Shown here in pieces: positions 1 to 10,845 of a stretch of DNA of 64,000 bases; the first letter of the stretch is position 1; each line of letters starts with the position of its first letter. Source of the stretch: Candidatus Latescibacterota bacterium (GTDB lineage Bacteria; Latescibacterota; UBA2968; UBA8231); assembly GCA_965208105.1 (NCBI GenBank), contig OZ242318.1:2368001-2432000 (forward strand), given 5' to 3'. The position numbers were made by a program, and so were the translations under genes. The notes under the pieces were generated by a model. That model saw only the letters and a program-made list of their open reading frames with translations. It was not told the origin of the DNA and made no database searches.

Positions 1-447
1 GACTGTGGGCTGACCGGGCGCAAAATCATCGTCGACACCTATGGCGGCATGTGCCCCCACGGCGGCGGGGCATTCTCTGGCAAAGACCCCAGCAAAGTTG
101 ACCGCAGCGCGCACTACATGGCGCGCTACATCGCCAAGAACATCGTCGCCGCCCGCCTTGCTTCTCGCTGCCAGGTGCAACTGGCATATGCCATCGGCGT
201 GGCTCAGCCGGTGTCGGTGCTTGTAGACACCCAGGGCACGGGAACACTGGGAGACGAAGATCTCGCCGCCCTGATCGACGATGTATTCAATCTGACCCCC
301 AAGGGAATTATCAAGACATTGAAATTGCTCCGCCCAATCTACAAAGATACAGCGAACTATGGGCACTTCGGGCGCAAATTGGCCAATTTTACCTGGGAAA
401 AGACCGACAAGGTCGATGTCCTGAGGAGAAAAGCGGGCACCGGCTAG
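1..447 (+). CDS. metK: S-adenosylmethionine synthetase, C-terminal part (5'-truncated by window edge)
   Basis: Frame +1 from base 1 reads [39 protein letters not shown]...GHFGR...WEKTD, the canonical MetK motifs. Confidence 0.98.
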   Translation, partial: DCGLTGRKIIVDTYGGMCPHGGGAFSGKDPSKVDRSAHYMARYIAKNIVAARLASRCQVQLAYAIGVAQPVSVLVDTQGTGTLGDEDLAALIDDVFNLTPKGIIKTLKLLRPIYKDTANYGHFGRKLANFTWEKTDKVDVLRRKAGTG

Positions 448-612
448 TGTCCCGTCGCAGAGATAGGTTGGACGAAATTGGGCCGCCGAGGCGCCAGGCT
501 CACAAGGCGCCTGAGCGAGTCGTACCAGTGGTGTACAGCGAGTGAAGGCAACGCCGTGAGCCTGGATGGATCGGCGGAAAAATGGCGACATATTTCTGCG
601 ACGGGACACTAG
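444..612. mobile_element. MITE-like element, copy 1 (~169 bp)
   Basis: 22-bp terminal inverted repeats CTAGTGTCCCGTCGCAGAGATA (444-465) / TATTTCTGCGACGGGACACTAG (591-612) with 1 mismatch; CTAG at both ends; non-coding; near-identical copy at 28731-28898. Confidence 0.85.
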
Positions 613-703
613 CGCGAGCCTGGATGATTGGTCCGCATGCGGGTAATCGGGCTCCTTCGCGGCGGGCAGCATAGCGAATTCCGAGGGCAGATCAGTAATT
701 CCA

Positions 704-2788
704 TTGCGGGAAATCCTCCCGCGGTCCACAGATGAGGGTCGCACCATGCTGACGACTCGGGGTTCCGGGTGGGGAAAGACCCGGAATGGCACCTCGAGTA
801 ATGTCGCCGTTCCCATCCTGCTTATCCTCCTGGCAATGTGGGGATGTACGGTAGGCAAGCCCCAGGTGCCCAGCACGAACCTTACCATCAGCATCCCGGT
901 GGCCAACGATACCACCACCCTTCAGGACATTGTCGACGAACGCTCCGATTTCCTGGGCGCAACCGAAGACGGCGGCATAGAGCTGAGCTTCGTCACCGAG
1001 TTCGGAGAGAAGGATCGCCGGGAGGTGGGTGATCGCCTGAGCCTCGCCCCTGTCCCCAACAGCTTCGCGATCCCGATCGGCGACATCAAACTTCCAGGAC
1101 AATCCCTTCCTTCCCTCAGCATCGGCGCCGACTTGCTCTCGGGTCGAAAGGTCCCCTCCGGCCAGGCTTTCGAAAAAAGGCTCGAAGCGGCCCTCGCCGG
1201 TTTTCAATCCCTGGCAATCAAGGAAGGGGTCCTGACCCTTTCCCTTGACAACGGGCTGCCATCGACCTTGTCGAGCCTGAGCATCGCCTTGCTGGAACCC
1301 GGGCGCGGCAACGCTGCAATCGACGGTTTCGACATCGGCAGACTGGACCCCGGCGGCCAGGCCGTGGTGACCTTCGTGCTGGATGGAAAAAGTATTTCCG
1401 GCGATCTCCTTTTCGCCTTGAGCGGAATTGTCGAGGATGGGGAAGACTCCGGAGCCGGAGATAATCCCACCCTGGACATCAGTGGATCTCTGAGCGATCT
1501 GATCGCGACCGAGGCCACCGCCGTCATTCCTCCTCTGGAGTTCTCGGACCGTGGAGTTCTCGATTTTCAGGACGACCGCATCGAGGTCACCAAGGCAACC
1601 ATCAGGGAAGGCGAGTTGGCCCTTCAGGTGCGAAACGACCTTCCGTTGTCCATGGAATTTCAAATCAGGCTCGACGACCTGACGAAACCTGACGGGACCG
1701 CCTGCCATCTTTCCATCGACAGGTTGGAGCCCGGCCAGGACCGCGAGGTGTCATTCGACCTGGCCGACTATTTGCTTGAGCCGGCAGATCCGCTCAGTCT
1801 GCGCTTGTCCTTCGCAGGGAGGACCTTTCCAACCAACTCCCCCGTCAGCTTGAGTTCCAGCGGAGAGGTCCGGGTGACCGCGGCGACCGACTCCCTGGTT
1901 TTCAGTCGGGTCGAAGGCAGGCTGAACCGGCTTCCCCTGCGGTTGAACGAGGACAGCACCGAAGTCGATTTCCCGCGCGGGCTCGACAATATCGAATTGG
2001 ACAGATCTACGGCGGCGATGTATATCAAATCGGGGATCGGATTCAGAAGCGAAATGGAACTGGATATCCTCGGAATCAATAAATCCGGGACGGAAGGCCG
2101 GCTCACCATCGCCGGGACCTTCGGCCGGGGCGATCCGGATCATCCGAAAGACATGATCGTTGTCCCTGATTCCCGCTCCCTCACCGAGTTTCTCAATCTG
2201 CTCCCAGCCAGGATCAAGGTGAGACCCTCGGTCTTCGTGGGAGACGGAGTGTCCCCCGAAGTAATCGAGCCCCACCATTGGGTCCAGCTCGACAGCGTTG
2301 TCCTCAAATCGGATGCCCGCTTCAGGGTCAAAGCCGGAACCCGGATTCAGCCGGAACCCATTCACCGCGAATTGAAAGACGAGCGCGAACGCATAGACTC
2401 CCACCTGGTCAGCGCCCTGGTTTTCATTACCATTGAAAACCATACTCCTCTTGGAGTGCGGATTCGACTGCACGCATCTTCCCGCAAAGGCGATGTCTAC
2501 ACCAACCCGCAGCTCACCATTCCGCGGCAGGGAGACTCCGCACTCGAGGTGCCTCCCGCAGCGGTCGGTTCCGACGGTCGCGTAGTCCGCAGCGTGGTCA
2601 ACGAACAATCTATTTCCATCTCCAGGGAAGAGTTGCGGGTTTTCACCCAGGAAGGGGGAGTATTTACCGGGGTCCTCGTCGAGATCGATGCTACTCGGGG
2701 AGATGTGGAGCTCCGGGCCTCGGATTTTGTCGCGGTACAGGCCGCCACTCAAATTACGGTGGAGCTGAACGAGAGTCTGGTCGAGTAA
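704..2788 (+). CDS. Hypothetical beta-rich lipoprotein (start uncertain, 704-746)
   Basis: 694-aa ORF with hydrophobic stretch and lipobox-like ILLILLAMWG-C; internal repeated segments; 18 bp upstream of a barrel gene. Confidence 0.8.
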   Translation: MREILPRSTDEGRTMLTTRGSGWGKTRNGTSSNVAVPILLILLAMWGCTVGKPQVPSTNLTISIPVANDTTTLQDIVDERSDFLGATEDGGIELSFVTEFGEKDRREVGDRLSLAPVPNSFAIPIGDIKLPGQSLPSLSIGADLLSGRKVPSGQAFEKRLEAALAGFQSLAIKEGVLTLSLDNGLPSTLSSLSIALLEPGRGNAAIDGFDIGRLDPGGQAVVTFVLDGKSISGDLLFALSGIVEDGEDSGAGDNPTLDISGSLSDLIATEATAVIPPLEFSDRGVLDFQDDRIEVTKATIREGELALQVRNDLPLSMEFQIRLDDLTKPDGTACHLSIDRLEPGQDREVSFDLADYLLEPADPLSLRLSFAGRTFPTNSPVSLSSSGEVRVTAATDSLVFSRVEGRLNRLPLRLNEDSTEVDFPRGLDNIELDRSTAAMYIKSGIGFRSEMELDILGINKSGTEGRLTIAGTFGRGDPDHPKDMIVVPDSRSLTEFLNLLPARIKVRPSVFVGDGVSPEVIEPHHWVQLDSVVLKSDARFRVKAGTRIQPEPIHRELKDERERIDSHLVSALVFITIENHTPLGVRIRLHASSRKGDVYTNPQLTIPRQGDSALEVPPAAVGSDGRVVRSVVNEQSISISREELRVFTQEGGVFTGVLVEIDATRGDVELRASDFVAVQAATQITVELNESLVE

Positions 2789-2806
2789 GCAGAGGGAAGC
2801 GAACCT

Positions 2807-4291
2807 ATGTGCAGAATCACTCTATTGGCAGCGGTCCTCATTGGCGGATTTTCGCTGGAAACCCACGGATTGGGCGATACCGACCCGCGCGCCATGGGCT
2901 TGGCGCAGTCCTACACGGCCCTGGCGCGGGGACCCGCAGCCGTCTTCTGGAACCCGGCCAACCTGGCCCTGAAGGGAAGCCCCGGCTTCTCCTGGTACTT
3001 TCTGGGTGCCGGGACCTCGTTCATCGTCGAAAACAACAGCTTTTCCGTAAAGACCTACAATGACAATTTCACCAGGTCCGACCATTTCCTTACCGATAAG
3101 GACAAGAAGGACCTTTTGAACGATGTCCCCGGGGAAGGGTTGAAACTCAACCTGGACATCGACCCCAACCTTTCCCTTCTCGTCCCGGTCAATGGTGGCG
3201 TTGCCTTTCAAATGCCCCGTGGCATCAGCTCCGCCGTGAGCATCGGCTTTACCTCAGGGCTGGAAGGCGAAATCCCCAAGGATATGTTCGAACTTCTTCT
3301 ATTCGGCAACGAGTTCGAGCAGCAACGCCTGGCCCAGGGAAAAGACGGAGATTACGATATCGCCGAGTGGGAGGGCTCTCGTTGGATGGTGGCCAGCTTG
3401 AACTGGGCTTGCGCCAAGTCCTGGATGCCGGGCCGGCTCGACCCATATCTGAGCGAGTTCAGCGTGGGGGGAACAATCAAGGTCACCACCGGGGTGTATG
3501 GCGAGATAATGCGTTCGAGCGGCAGCTTCGTTTCCCGCATCCAGGGAGCCGAACTGGATGCCTACCTGATTACGCGGAATGCGGGTAAAACCGGATTCGC
3601 CATAGACCTGGCCGCCCCGGGGGACTCCGGCAACGGCCAACCAGCCTTCAGCCTCGGCTTGCCCGACCTCGGCGGAACCGGAATTGGGCTGGACCTGGGG
3701 GTGGCCGGGGTGACCAGGGACCGGAAGCTAGTTTTCAGCGTGGGATTGCTCAACCTGCTGGACGTCTTTTCATGGAGCCGGGATGCGAGCCAGGATTCGC
3801 TCTATGCCGAAGCTGCGGACCTCCGCGTGACGCGCGTCCTGGATGTGGACCATATTGAGGAAATCCTGGAAAACGACGATGTGGATGGAGACGGAGACAT
3901 CGACTTTCTGCAGAAAATCGGCGACAGGAGCTTTTCCCGCTCGATGCCGGCCCTGCTCCGGGTGGGAGGGTCCTACGAGCTTTCGCCTCGATTGACCGCG
4001 GTGGGAAACTGGGATCAAGCCTTCAGCAGGGGGTTCGGCTTTTCTACCACCCCCCGGATCTCGGGTGGCGCCGAGTATCGTCTGGTGCCCTGGTTCCCAA
4101 CGCGTGCAGGACTGTCATTGGGAGGGCGGGGCCATAGCGCGGCCATCGGCTTTGCCTTCGGTCCATTCAAGTTTTCCCGTCTGCGCGCCAATCTCTTCGA
4201 TCTTGCCCTGGTCACCAGGGGCGGCCTCCTCGCGGGAATCTCCAAGGGCACCGCCATTTCTCTCCAGCTATTCAGGCTGGACATGGTTTAA
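2807..4291 (+). CDS. DUF5723-like / FadL-like outer-membrane beta-barrel protein
   Basis: Signal peptide; N-terminal DPRAMGLAQSYTALARG..AVFWNPANLA motif typical of FadL/PorV/DUF5723 barrels; GIGLDLG and amphipathic C-terminal strands. Confidence 0.72.
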   Translation: MCRITLLAAVLIGGFSLETHGLGDTDPRAMGLAQSYTALARGPAAVFWNPANLALKGSPGFSWYFLGAGTSFIVENNSFSVKTYNDNFTRSDHFLTDKDKKDLLNDVPGEGLKLNLDIDPNLSLLVPVNGGVAFQMPRGISSAVSIGFTSGLEGEIPKDMFELLLFGNEFEQQRLAQGKDGDYDIAEWEGSRWMVASLNWACAKSWMPGRLDPYLSEFSVGGTIKVTTGVYGEIMRSSGSFVSRIQGAELDAYLITRNAGKTGFAIDLAAPGDSGNGQPAFSLGLPDLGGTGIGLDLGVAGVTRDRKLVFSVGLLNLLDVFSWSRDASQDSLYAEAADLRVTRVLDVDHIEEILENDDVDGDGDIDFLQKIGDRSFSRSMPALLRVGGSYELSPRLTAVGNWDQAFSRGFGFSTTPRISGGAEYRLVPWFPTRAGLSLGGRGHSAAIGFAFGPFKFSRLRANLFDLALVTRGGLLAGISKGTAISLQLFRLDMV

Positions 4292-4416
4292 GAAATTCTG
4301 CCCGTCCCAGGGCTGAATCAGTTCCCCTCTGCCAGACAATCATGCCATAATGGCATTTATGGGCCCCTGCTGGAGCACTCGACTGTCAAATATTCATCAT
4401 TATATGGAAATGCGAA

Positions 4417-4432
4417 TGGTACGAAATTTGCA
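4417..4432 (+). promoter_or_regulatory. Putative sigma54 (-24/-12) promoter for clpB-degP
   Basis: TGGTACGAAATTTGCA matches TGGCACG-N4-TTGCA with exact GG-N10-GC spacing, ~135 bp upstream of clpB. Confidence 0.65.
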
Positions 4433-4566
4433 GATTGAAGTGTCGAACCGGTGATTATCAGTCCAGTCAGACCGGATAACCGAAGTACGGCAGCGCGGCA
4501 CTGGACCTTTCTCCTGGCGGTCTCTTTCGAGCAGCCTCCGAAGGTCCCGGAAAGAAGAGGTATGCC

Positions 4567-7215
4567 ATGGGAATGGACAAACTGACACAGAAGGCCCAGG
4601 AGGCCCTCCAGTCATCCCAGGCCAGGGCCTTGCGCCTTGGCCATGGCGAGGTCGATGGAGAGCATCTCCTGCTGGTGCTGCTGGAACAGGCCGATGGAAT
4701 CCTGCCGCGGGTGCTCGACCGCATGGGCGTGAGGGCGGCAGATTTTGCCAGAGAGGTTGAAAAGGCACTCGAAAATCGGCCCCGGGTATCGGGAAGCGGC
4801 GCGGAGACCTACGTCACCCGGAGGCTCCAGGAAATTTTCCTCAAGGCAGAGGACGAAGCCCGCAAGCTCAAAGACGAGTATATCTCGACAGAGCATCTCG
4901 CCCTCGCTTTAATCGACGAGATGGAGTCCAGCGAGGCCGGTCGATTGTGCCGGCGATTCGGCATCACCCGTGAAGGATTTCTCGCCACCCTCGCCGGGGT
5001 TCGCGGCAGCCAGCGGGTCACCAGTGCGACCCCCGAGGCCTCCTACGAGGCTCTGGAGAAGTATGGAGTGGATCTGGTCGTACAGGCCAGGGAGGAGAAG
5101 CTGGATCCGGTCATCGGGCGCGACGCGGAGATACGCCGGGTCATTCGTATCTTGTCGCGAAAAACCAAGAACAATCCGGTCCTTATCGGCGAGCCCGGGG
5201 TTGGCAAGACCGCCATAGTTGAAGGGCTGGCCCGGCGCATCGTTCGCGGGGACGTTCCCGAATGGCTGAAGGGAAGGTCCATTTTCTCCCTGGACCTGGG
5301 GGCACTGATGGCCGGCGCCAAGTACCGCGGCGAATTCGAAGAACGCCTCAAGGCCGTGCTCCAGGAAATCAAGGCAAGCGATGGACAAATCATCCTGTTT
5401 ATCGATGAGGTCCACAACATCGTTGGAGCCGGGCGCAGCGAAGGCTCCAACGACGCCGGCAATATGCTCAAGCCCATGCTGGCGCGCGGCGAGCTCCACT
5501 GCATCGGGGCCACGACCCTCGATGAACACCGCCGGCACATCGAGAAGGACGCGGCCCTGGAACGCCGGTTTCAGCCAGTGCTGGTCGACGCTCCCTCAGT
5601 CGAAGACAGCATCTCCATTCTGCGAGGACTCAAGGAACGTTTCGAGGTGCATCACGGGGTGCGCATCCAGGACAACGCCCTGGTCAGCGCAGCCCTTCTT
5701 TCCAATCGCTACATCGCCGACCGCTTTCTTCCGGACAAGGCCATAGACCTCGTGGATGAAGCCTGTGCCATGGTGCGCACTGAAATCGACTCCATGCCCG
5801 CCGAATTGGACGAGGTGACCCGGCGGGTTATGCAGTTGGAAATCGAGGTTGCCGCCCTGAAAAAGGAAAAGGACAAAGCCAGTGAGGAACGGCTCTCAGA
5901 CCTGACCAGGGAGCTGGCCGATTTAAAGACCCAGGCCGGTGCCATGCAGGCACAATGGGAGTCTGAAAAAGCGGCCATCGGCAAGGTGCGCGCCATTCGG
6001 GAGAAGATCGAGCAGGTCAGGCGCCAGACCGAGGCTGCCGAGCGCCAGTACGACCTGGACCTGGCCGCCGAGCTCAAGCACGGCCGGATGCCGGAGTTGG
6101 AGAGACAACTGCAGGAAGAGGAAAAACTGCTGAACATGAACCAGGCCGACAAGCGCCTCCTGCGCGAGGAGGTCGCCGAAGAAGAGGTTGCCGAAATCGT
6201 CTCGCGCTGGAGCGGGGTCCCGGTGGCGCGTCTGGTGGAAGGGGAGCGCGAGAAGCTTCTGCGCCTGGACGAAATCCTGCACCGGCGGGTGATCGGCCAG
6301 GAGGAAGCCGTAAAACTGGTGGCAGACGCCGTGATTCGGGCCCGGTCCGGAATCAAGGATCCGCAAAAGCCCATCGGCTCCTTCATCTTCCTAGGCCCCA
6401 CCGGGGTGGGCAAGACCGAACTGGCCAAATCCCTGGCGCAGACTCTCTTCGACAGCGAGGAGAACATGGTGCGCATAGACATGAGCGAGTACATGGAAAG
6501 ACACGCCGTCTCGCGATTGATCGGTGCGCCACCCGGCTACGTAGGCTACGAAGAAGGCGGCCAATTGACAGAGGCGGTGCGGCGGAAACCATATTGCGTC
6601 GTCCTCTTCGATGAGATCGAAAAGGCCCACCACGACGTTTTCAACGCCCTGCTTCAGTTGTTGGACGACGGCCGTCTCACGGATGCGCAGGGCCGCACCG
6701 TAGATTTCAAGAACTCGGTGATCATCATGACTTCCAATATCGGCTCGACCTACCTGACCGAAGGCGTGAACTCAAGCGGGGAGATTGGCGCCGGCGCGAA
6801 GGACGCGGTCATGGCGGAATTGCGCCGGCACTTCAGGCCGGAATTCCTCAACCGGGTGGACGACATTGTTTTCTTCAAACCACTGACCATGGATGAGATC
6901 GAGGCCATTGTGGACCTTCTGGTCGAGGAGCTGCGAGGGCGCCTGCGCAACCGGCAGATCGATCTGGACGTGAGTGCCCGGGCAAGGTCCTTCGCAGCGC
7001 GGAAGGGGTTCAACCCCGTATTCGGGGCACGCCCGCTCAGGCGCTATTTGCAGCAGGAGCTGGAGACGCGAATCGGCCGCGCCCTGATATCGGGATCCAT
7101 TTCCGACGGATCGTCCATCTCCGTCGACCTGGAGGAAGGCGAGCTGACGGTACGCCACCGAGCGACCCGCCACCCCGGGGAAGAAATCATGGGCAAGGGA
7201 GTGGTTGAGGTATAA
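4567..7215 (+). CDS. clpB: ATP-dependent chaperone ClpB
   Basis: Clp N-domain, two AAA+ modules ([16 protein letters not shown]), [11 protein letters not shown], long coiled-coil M domain, GYVGYEEGG. Confidence 0.97.
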   Translation: MGMDKLTQKAQEALQSSQARALRLGHGEVDGEHLLLVLLEQADGILPRVLDRMGVRAADFAREVEKALENRPRVSGSGAETYVTRRLQEIFLKAEDEARKLKDEYISTEHLALALIDEMESSEAGRLCRRFGITREGFLATLAGVRGSQRVTSATPEASYEALEKYGVDLVVQAREEKLDPVIGRDAEIRRVIRILSRKTKNNPVLIGEPGVGKTAIVEGLARRIVRGDVPEWLKGRSIFSLDLGALMAGAKYRGEFEERLKAVLQEIKASDGQIILFIDEVHNIVGAGRSEGSNDAGNMLKPMLARGELHCIGATTLDEHRRHIEKDAALERRFQPVLVDAPSVEDSISILRGLKERFEVHHGVRIQDNALVSAALLSNRYIADRFLPDKAIDLVDEACAMVRTEIDSMPAELDEVTRRVMQLEIEVAALKKEKDKASEERLSDLTRELADLKTQAGAMQAQWESEKAAIGKVRAIREKIEQVRRQTEAAERQYDLDLAAELKHGRMPELERQLQEEEKLLNMNQADKRLLREEVAEEEVAEIVSRWSGVPVARLVEGEREKLLRLDEILHRRVIGQEEAVKLVADAVIRARSGIKDPQKPIGSFIFLGPTGVGKTELAKSLAQTLFDSEENMVRIDMSEYMERHAVSRLIGAPPGYVGYEEGGQLTEAVRRKPYCVVLFDEIEKAHHDVFNALLQLLDDGRLTDAQGRTVDFKNSVIIMTSNIGSTYLTEGVNSSGEIGAGAKDAVMAELRRHFRPEFLNRVDDIVFFKPLTMDEIEAIVDLLVEELRGRLRNRQIDLDVSARARSFAARKGFNPVFGARPLRRYLQQELETRIGRALISGSISDGSSISVDLEEGELTVRHRATRHPGEEIMGKGVVEV

Positions 7216-7326
7216 CCGGGAACCGGGAACTCTTTTGCCCTCTCCTGGTCTATTTTAACTCAGGAAAGCTGCTTCGAGCCGCAAACGCGCAATCAGTTCC
7301 AGCATCAGAATCCAGTAAGGAGATGT

Positions 7327-8745
7327 ATGACAAGAATAACCTTCTGCCTGACCATGATCTTGGCAGGGCTGCACGGGATCGAAGCCCGGGCACATGAGAA
7401 CGCGCGGGAGAGTCTGAGGGGAGCGCATCAATTCAGCGAAGCCTTTGCCGCCGTGGCTGCCAAGGTCAAGCCCGCAGTGGTAGCAATCATCACCGAGAAG
7501 ACGGTGGATCTGGCCATCGACAATCCCTTCCGCGGCACTCCATTCGGTGACTTCTACTTCAGAGTGCCAAGAGGCCCGAGGTCCAGGCAGTACCAGGAAG
7601 GCCTGAGTTCCGGGGTCATTGTGCGCTACCTGAGCGAAAGCTACATCCTTACCAACAACCACGCCATCCGGGGAGCGGAAAAGATCCAGGTGGGCATGGC
7701 GGACGAACGCTATTTCGAGGCGGAGATCGTCGGCACCGATTCCCTGAGCGATCTCGCCGTTCTGAAAATCGATTCAAAGAACCTCCCGCACCTCACCCTG
7801 GGAGACTCGGATTCGTTGAAGGTCGGCGAATGGGTTCTCGCCCTTGGAACCCCCTTTGGCCTGGAGCACACCATCACTTCCGGGATCGTCAGCGCTCTCG
7901 GGCGGGACAGGTCGTCGGCCAGGGAGTACGGCTCCTTCATTCAGACCGATGCGGCAATCAACCCGGGAAACAGCGGAGGTGCCCTGGTCAATCTTCACGG
8001 GGAGTTGGTGGGCATCAATACGGCCATCGTCAGCCGCTCGGGCGGGTACCAGGGTATTGGTTTCGCCATTCCGGTGAACCTGGCCAGAAACGTCTTGGAG
8101 CAACTGGTCGAGCACGGCGAGGTAAAGCGCGGTCTGCTGGGGGTTACCATCGATGACATCGACCCCGTCACCGCGGAAGCCCTGGGCCTGGAGAATGCAA
8201 AAGGTGTTCAGATTACCGGGGTGACCCCGGGTAGGGCAGCCGACAAGGCCGGGGTGGAGAGGGGCGATGTGGTGGTGGAACTGGACGGCGAATCCATCAG
8301 GAACACCACCGACCTGAGGAGTCGAATCGGTGCTACACCACCCGGGACCCAGGTGGAATTAGGAGTGCTTCGGGACGGTGAAGAAAAGACCGTCATCGTG
8401 GTCCTGGAGCAGCTTACCGAAGAGGTCCTGGCCGCACACTCCTCGAAGCCTCGGGGCACTGAGAAACTGGGGATGAGGGTGCAGACTCTGACGCCGGAAC
8501 TCAGCCGGCAGCTCGGATATGAGGAAATGAGCGGCGTGGTGATCACCGAGCTTCTGCGCGGAGGCGAAGCGGCGCGCCGCGGACTGCGGCCAATGGACCT
8601 CATTCAGGAAGTGAACCGGCGCCCCGTAAAGACCGAATCGGATTTTTATGAGGCCATCGGCAAACTGGAAGGCGAAGAGGCTGTATTGCTCCTCGTACGC
8701 CGTGGAAACATGACGCGCTTCATTGGCCTCAAGCTGCCCGGATAA
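7327..8745 (+). CDS. degP: Do/DegP (HtrA) family periplasmic serine protease
   Basis: Signal peptide; LTNNH, DLAVL and QTDAAINPGNSGG catalytic triad motifs; two PDZ domains. Confidence 0.93.
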   Translation: MTRITFCLTMILAGLHGIEARAHENARESLRGAHQFSEAFAAVAAKVKPAVVAIITEKTVDLAIDNPFRGTPFGDFYFRVPRGPRSRQYQEGLSSGVIVRYLSESYILTNNHAIRGAEKIQVGMADERYFEAEIVGTDSLSDLAVLKIDSKNLPHLTLGDSDSLKVGEWVLALGTPFGLEHTITSGIVSALGRDRSSAREYGSFIQTDAAINPGNSGGALVNLHGELVGINTAIVSRSGGYQGIGFAIPVNLARNVLEQLVEHGEVKRGLLGVTIDDIDPVTAEALGLENAKGVQITGVTPGRAADKAGVERGDVVVELDGESIRNTTDLRSRIGATPPGTQVELGVLRDGEEKTVIVVLEQLTEEVLAAHSSKPRGTEKLGMRVQTLTPELSRQLGYEEMSGVVITELLRGGEAARRGLRPMDLIQEVNRRPVKTESDFYEAIGKLEGEEAVLLLVRRGNMTRFIGLKLPG

Positions 8746-8998
8746 GGCTCCAGGTTGCTCTCTTCACAGCAGCAACATCCGGTGGAAACGACGTCCCCCA
8801 GGCGGCTTCGATTGCGCTGATCCGATCCCCTGTTAAAAGCCTCCTTACCCCCGGACCCATCGGCGGCCTCCCGCCGGCGGCCCCCCGGCGCATTGCCTCG
8901 GCAAATCAGCCCTTGGCGCCTCCATGCCCACCCGGCTTGCAGCAGAACCTGCGCGTGCAAGTACAAAGGCAGCCAACTGCTCTCGCCCGGCACCCCGG

Positions 8999-10741
8999 TC
9001 AGTTGCCACCGTCCTCGCCTTCGAGGCCCGGCTCCCGCTTGCCGGACCCATTTCGAAGCTGCACTCTTCCAATTGCATCGAGGTTGTGACGAGCCCCCCG
9101 GTGCTGCGGCGCCAGGAGCAGGGTCTTGCGAAAATAGCCTGCAGCCTCATCCAGGCTGCCCTTTTCGAGGGCAATCACCCCAAGGTTGTAATAGGCCTTG
9201 GCGTAGTGCGGATCCAGGATGATCGCCCTCTCCAGGGCCTCTCTGGCCATCTCCACTTCACCGAGGCGATAGTAGGTCAGACCGAGGTTGAACCAGCCAA
9301 TGGGATAATCGGCGCGGATTTTCAGACATCTGTAGAGGCTCTCCCGGGCGGTCGAGTACTCTTCCCGGGCGATGTGGAAAGCGGCGAGATCATTATAGAC
9401 CTCGTGATAGTCGGGAAGAATGTCCAGGGCCTTGCTCCACGAGGACAGGGCAAGCTGATCCTCGCCGCGCTCCAGTGCCGCTTTGGCGAGACCGCTCCAC
9501 GCCCTGGCACTGCGAGGCTGTGTCTCTACCGTCTGACTGAAAAGGGCGTAGTTGTCGTGCCAGTCTCCGCAGCGGGCATGGGATTGGTAGCAGTAGGCAG
9601 AGAGCAAAATAAAGATGGGCGGCCAGAGAACAGCGCGCGAGTGCCTCCTCCGCAGAGCTCCGAAGACGGCAGCCATGGCCATGGCGAAACCCATCGAGGG
9701 CAGGTAGAGCAGGCGTTCCGCCATGATCGTGCCGATGGGCAGGAAGATGTTGGCCACCGGCGCCAGGCTTACGATGATCCAGGACAGTCCAAAGGCGGCT
9801 GAGGGAGCACGGCGCCAGGAAAGGAAGAGCAGCAGAGAACCAATACCCAGGCCGGCGGCAACCAGGGCCAGATCCACCGACCATAGCTGAAGAGTCAGGT
9901 GCAATGCGTCGAAGGAATAATCTGCCGAAAGGGAAATCGGCAGCAGCAGCTGGCCGAGGTATCGGAACAGGATCTCTCCGGCATTGAGCAGACGCAGCGG
10001 CCAGGCCAGGGTGATGAGAGGATTGTCGAGGGGATCGATTACGGCAATGGTCAGGCCTCCGAGCACATGCCGGCGCCAGGCGAGATAGGCCAGAAGCAGA
10101 CTGGCGTAGAGCAGGTACACCTTCCCATAGCATTTTTCCGAAAAAGCCCGATATTGAATCAGGTCGGTGAGCAGGAAAAGCGCTGGCAGGACCACTGCGC
10201 TCTCCTTGCTCAGGAGGGCGGCAATCATGGCGAATCCAGCCCCCAGGTAATACCAGCGGCTTCTCTGCAGGTGCAGACTCAGGGCCACCAGGCTGAAAAG
10301 GGCGGCCAGGATGTCAGCCCTTCCCACCAGACCGGCCACGCACTCGGTCTGGACAGGGTGGGCGGCGAAGAGCAAGGCACTCAGGAAGGCCAGGTCCCGG
10401 CTGCGGCTGACCAGGCCGCAGAAGACATAGAGCAGCAAGGCCGTGGCGGCGTGGAGGAGGATATTGGTCAAATGGTAGAGAGCGGGGGAGGTCCCCGAAT
10501 GCAGGTAGTTCAGGGCAAAGGAGAGTACCGTGAGCGGACGGTACAGACCTGAGCGGTCGTTGTGGAAGCCGGCCCAGTAATCGCTGGTGAAGATTTCGAC
10601 CAGGTTGCCGCGATGGACGATCGGATTGTCCCGGATGGCCGCAATATCATCCAGGACGAAGCCATTCTCCAGGGTGGCGGCATAGAGAAGGGTAGGCAGA
10701 ATAAAGGTGAGGGCGGCGCGGCGGTAGGCGAGGAGAGTCAT
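8999..10741 (-). CDS. TMTC-like membrane glycosyltransferase (DUF1736) with C-terminal TPRs
   Basis: FVLDD..AIRDNP, YRPLT, HPVQTECVA..VGRAD, SKES, LSADYS and AERLLYLPS motifs followed by TPR repeats. Confidence 0.85.
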   Translation of the reverse strand: MTLLAYRRAALTFILPTLLYAATLENGFVLDDIAAIRDNPIVHRGNLVEIFTSDYWAGFHNDRSGLYRPLTVLSFALNYLHSGTSPALYHLTNILLHAATALLLYVFCGLVSRSRDLAFLSALLFAAHPVQTECVAGLVGRADILAALFSLVALSLHLQRSRWYYLGAGFAMIAALLSKESAVVLPALFLLTDLIQYRAFSEKCYGKVYLLYASLLLAYLAWRRHVLGGLTIAVIDPLDNPLITLAWPLRLLNAGEILFRYLGQLLLPISLSADYSFDALHLTLQLWSVDLALVAAGLGIGSLLLFLSWRRAPSAAFGLSWIIVSLAPVANIFLPIGTIMAERLLYLPSMGFAMAMAAVFGALRRRHSRAVLWPPIFILLSAYCYQSHARCGDWHDNYALFSQTVETQPRSARAWSGLAKAALERGEDQLALSSWSKALDILPDYHEVYNDLAAFHIAREEYSTARESLYRCLKIRADYPIGWFNLGLTYYRLGEVEMAREALERAIILDPHYAKAYYNLGVIALEKGSLDEAAGYFRKTLLLAPQHRGARHNLDAIGRVQLRNGSGKREPGLEGEDGGN

Positions 10742-10845
10742 GGCTGCAGAGCGAAATTACTACTGATCGGGCCTCCTCTCGGCTGTTCTCGATCAAACCC
10801 AGCCCAAACTTAATAAAGCGGTAGTATGTCTGGAAGTGAAATGTC

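Noticed and set aside
4372-4400. AGCACTC half-site upstream of clpB as an HrcA CIRCE element
   Set aside because: The second arm GAGTGCTAA is absent after the 9-nt spacer
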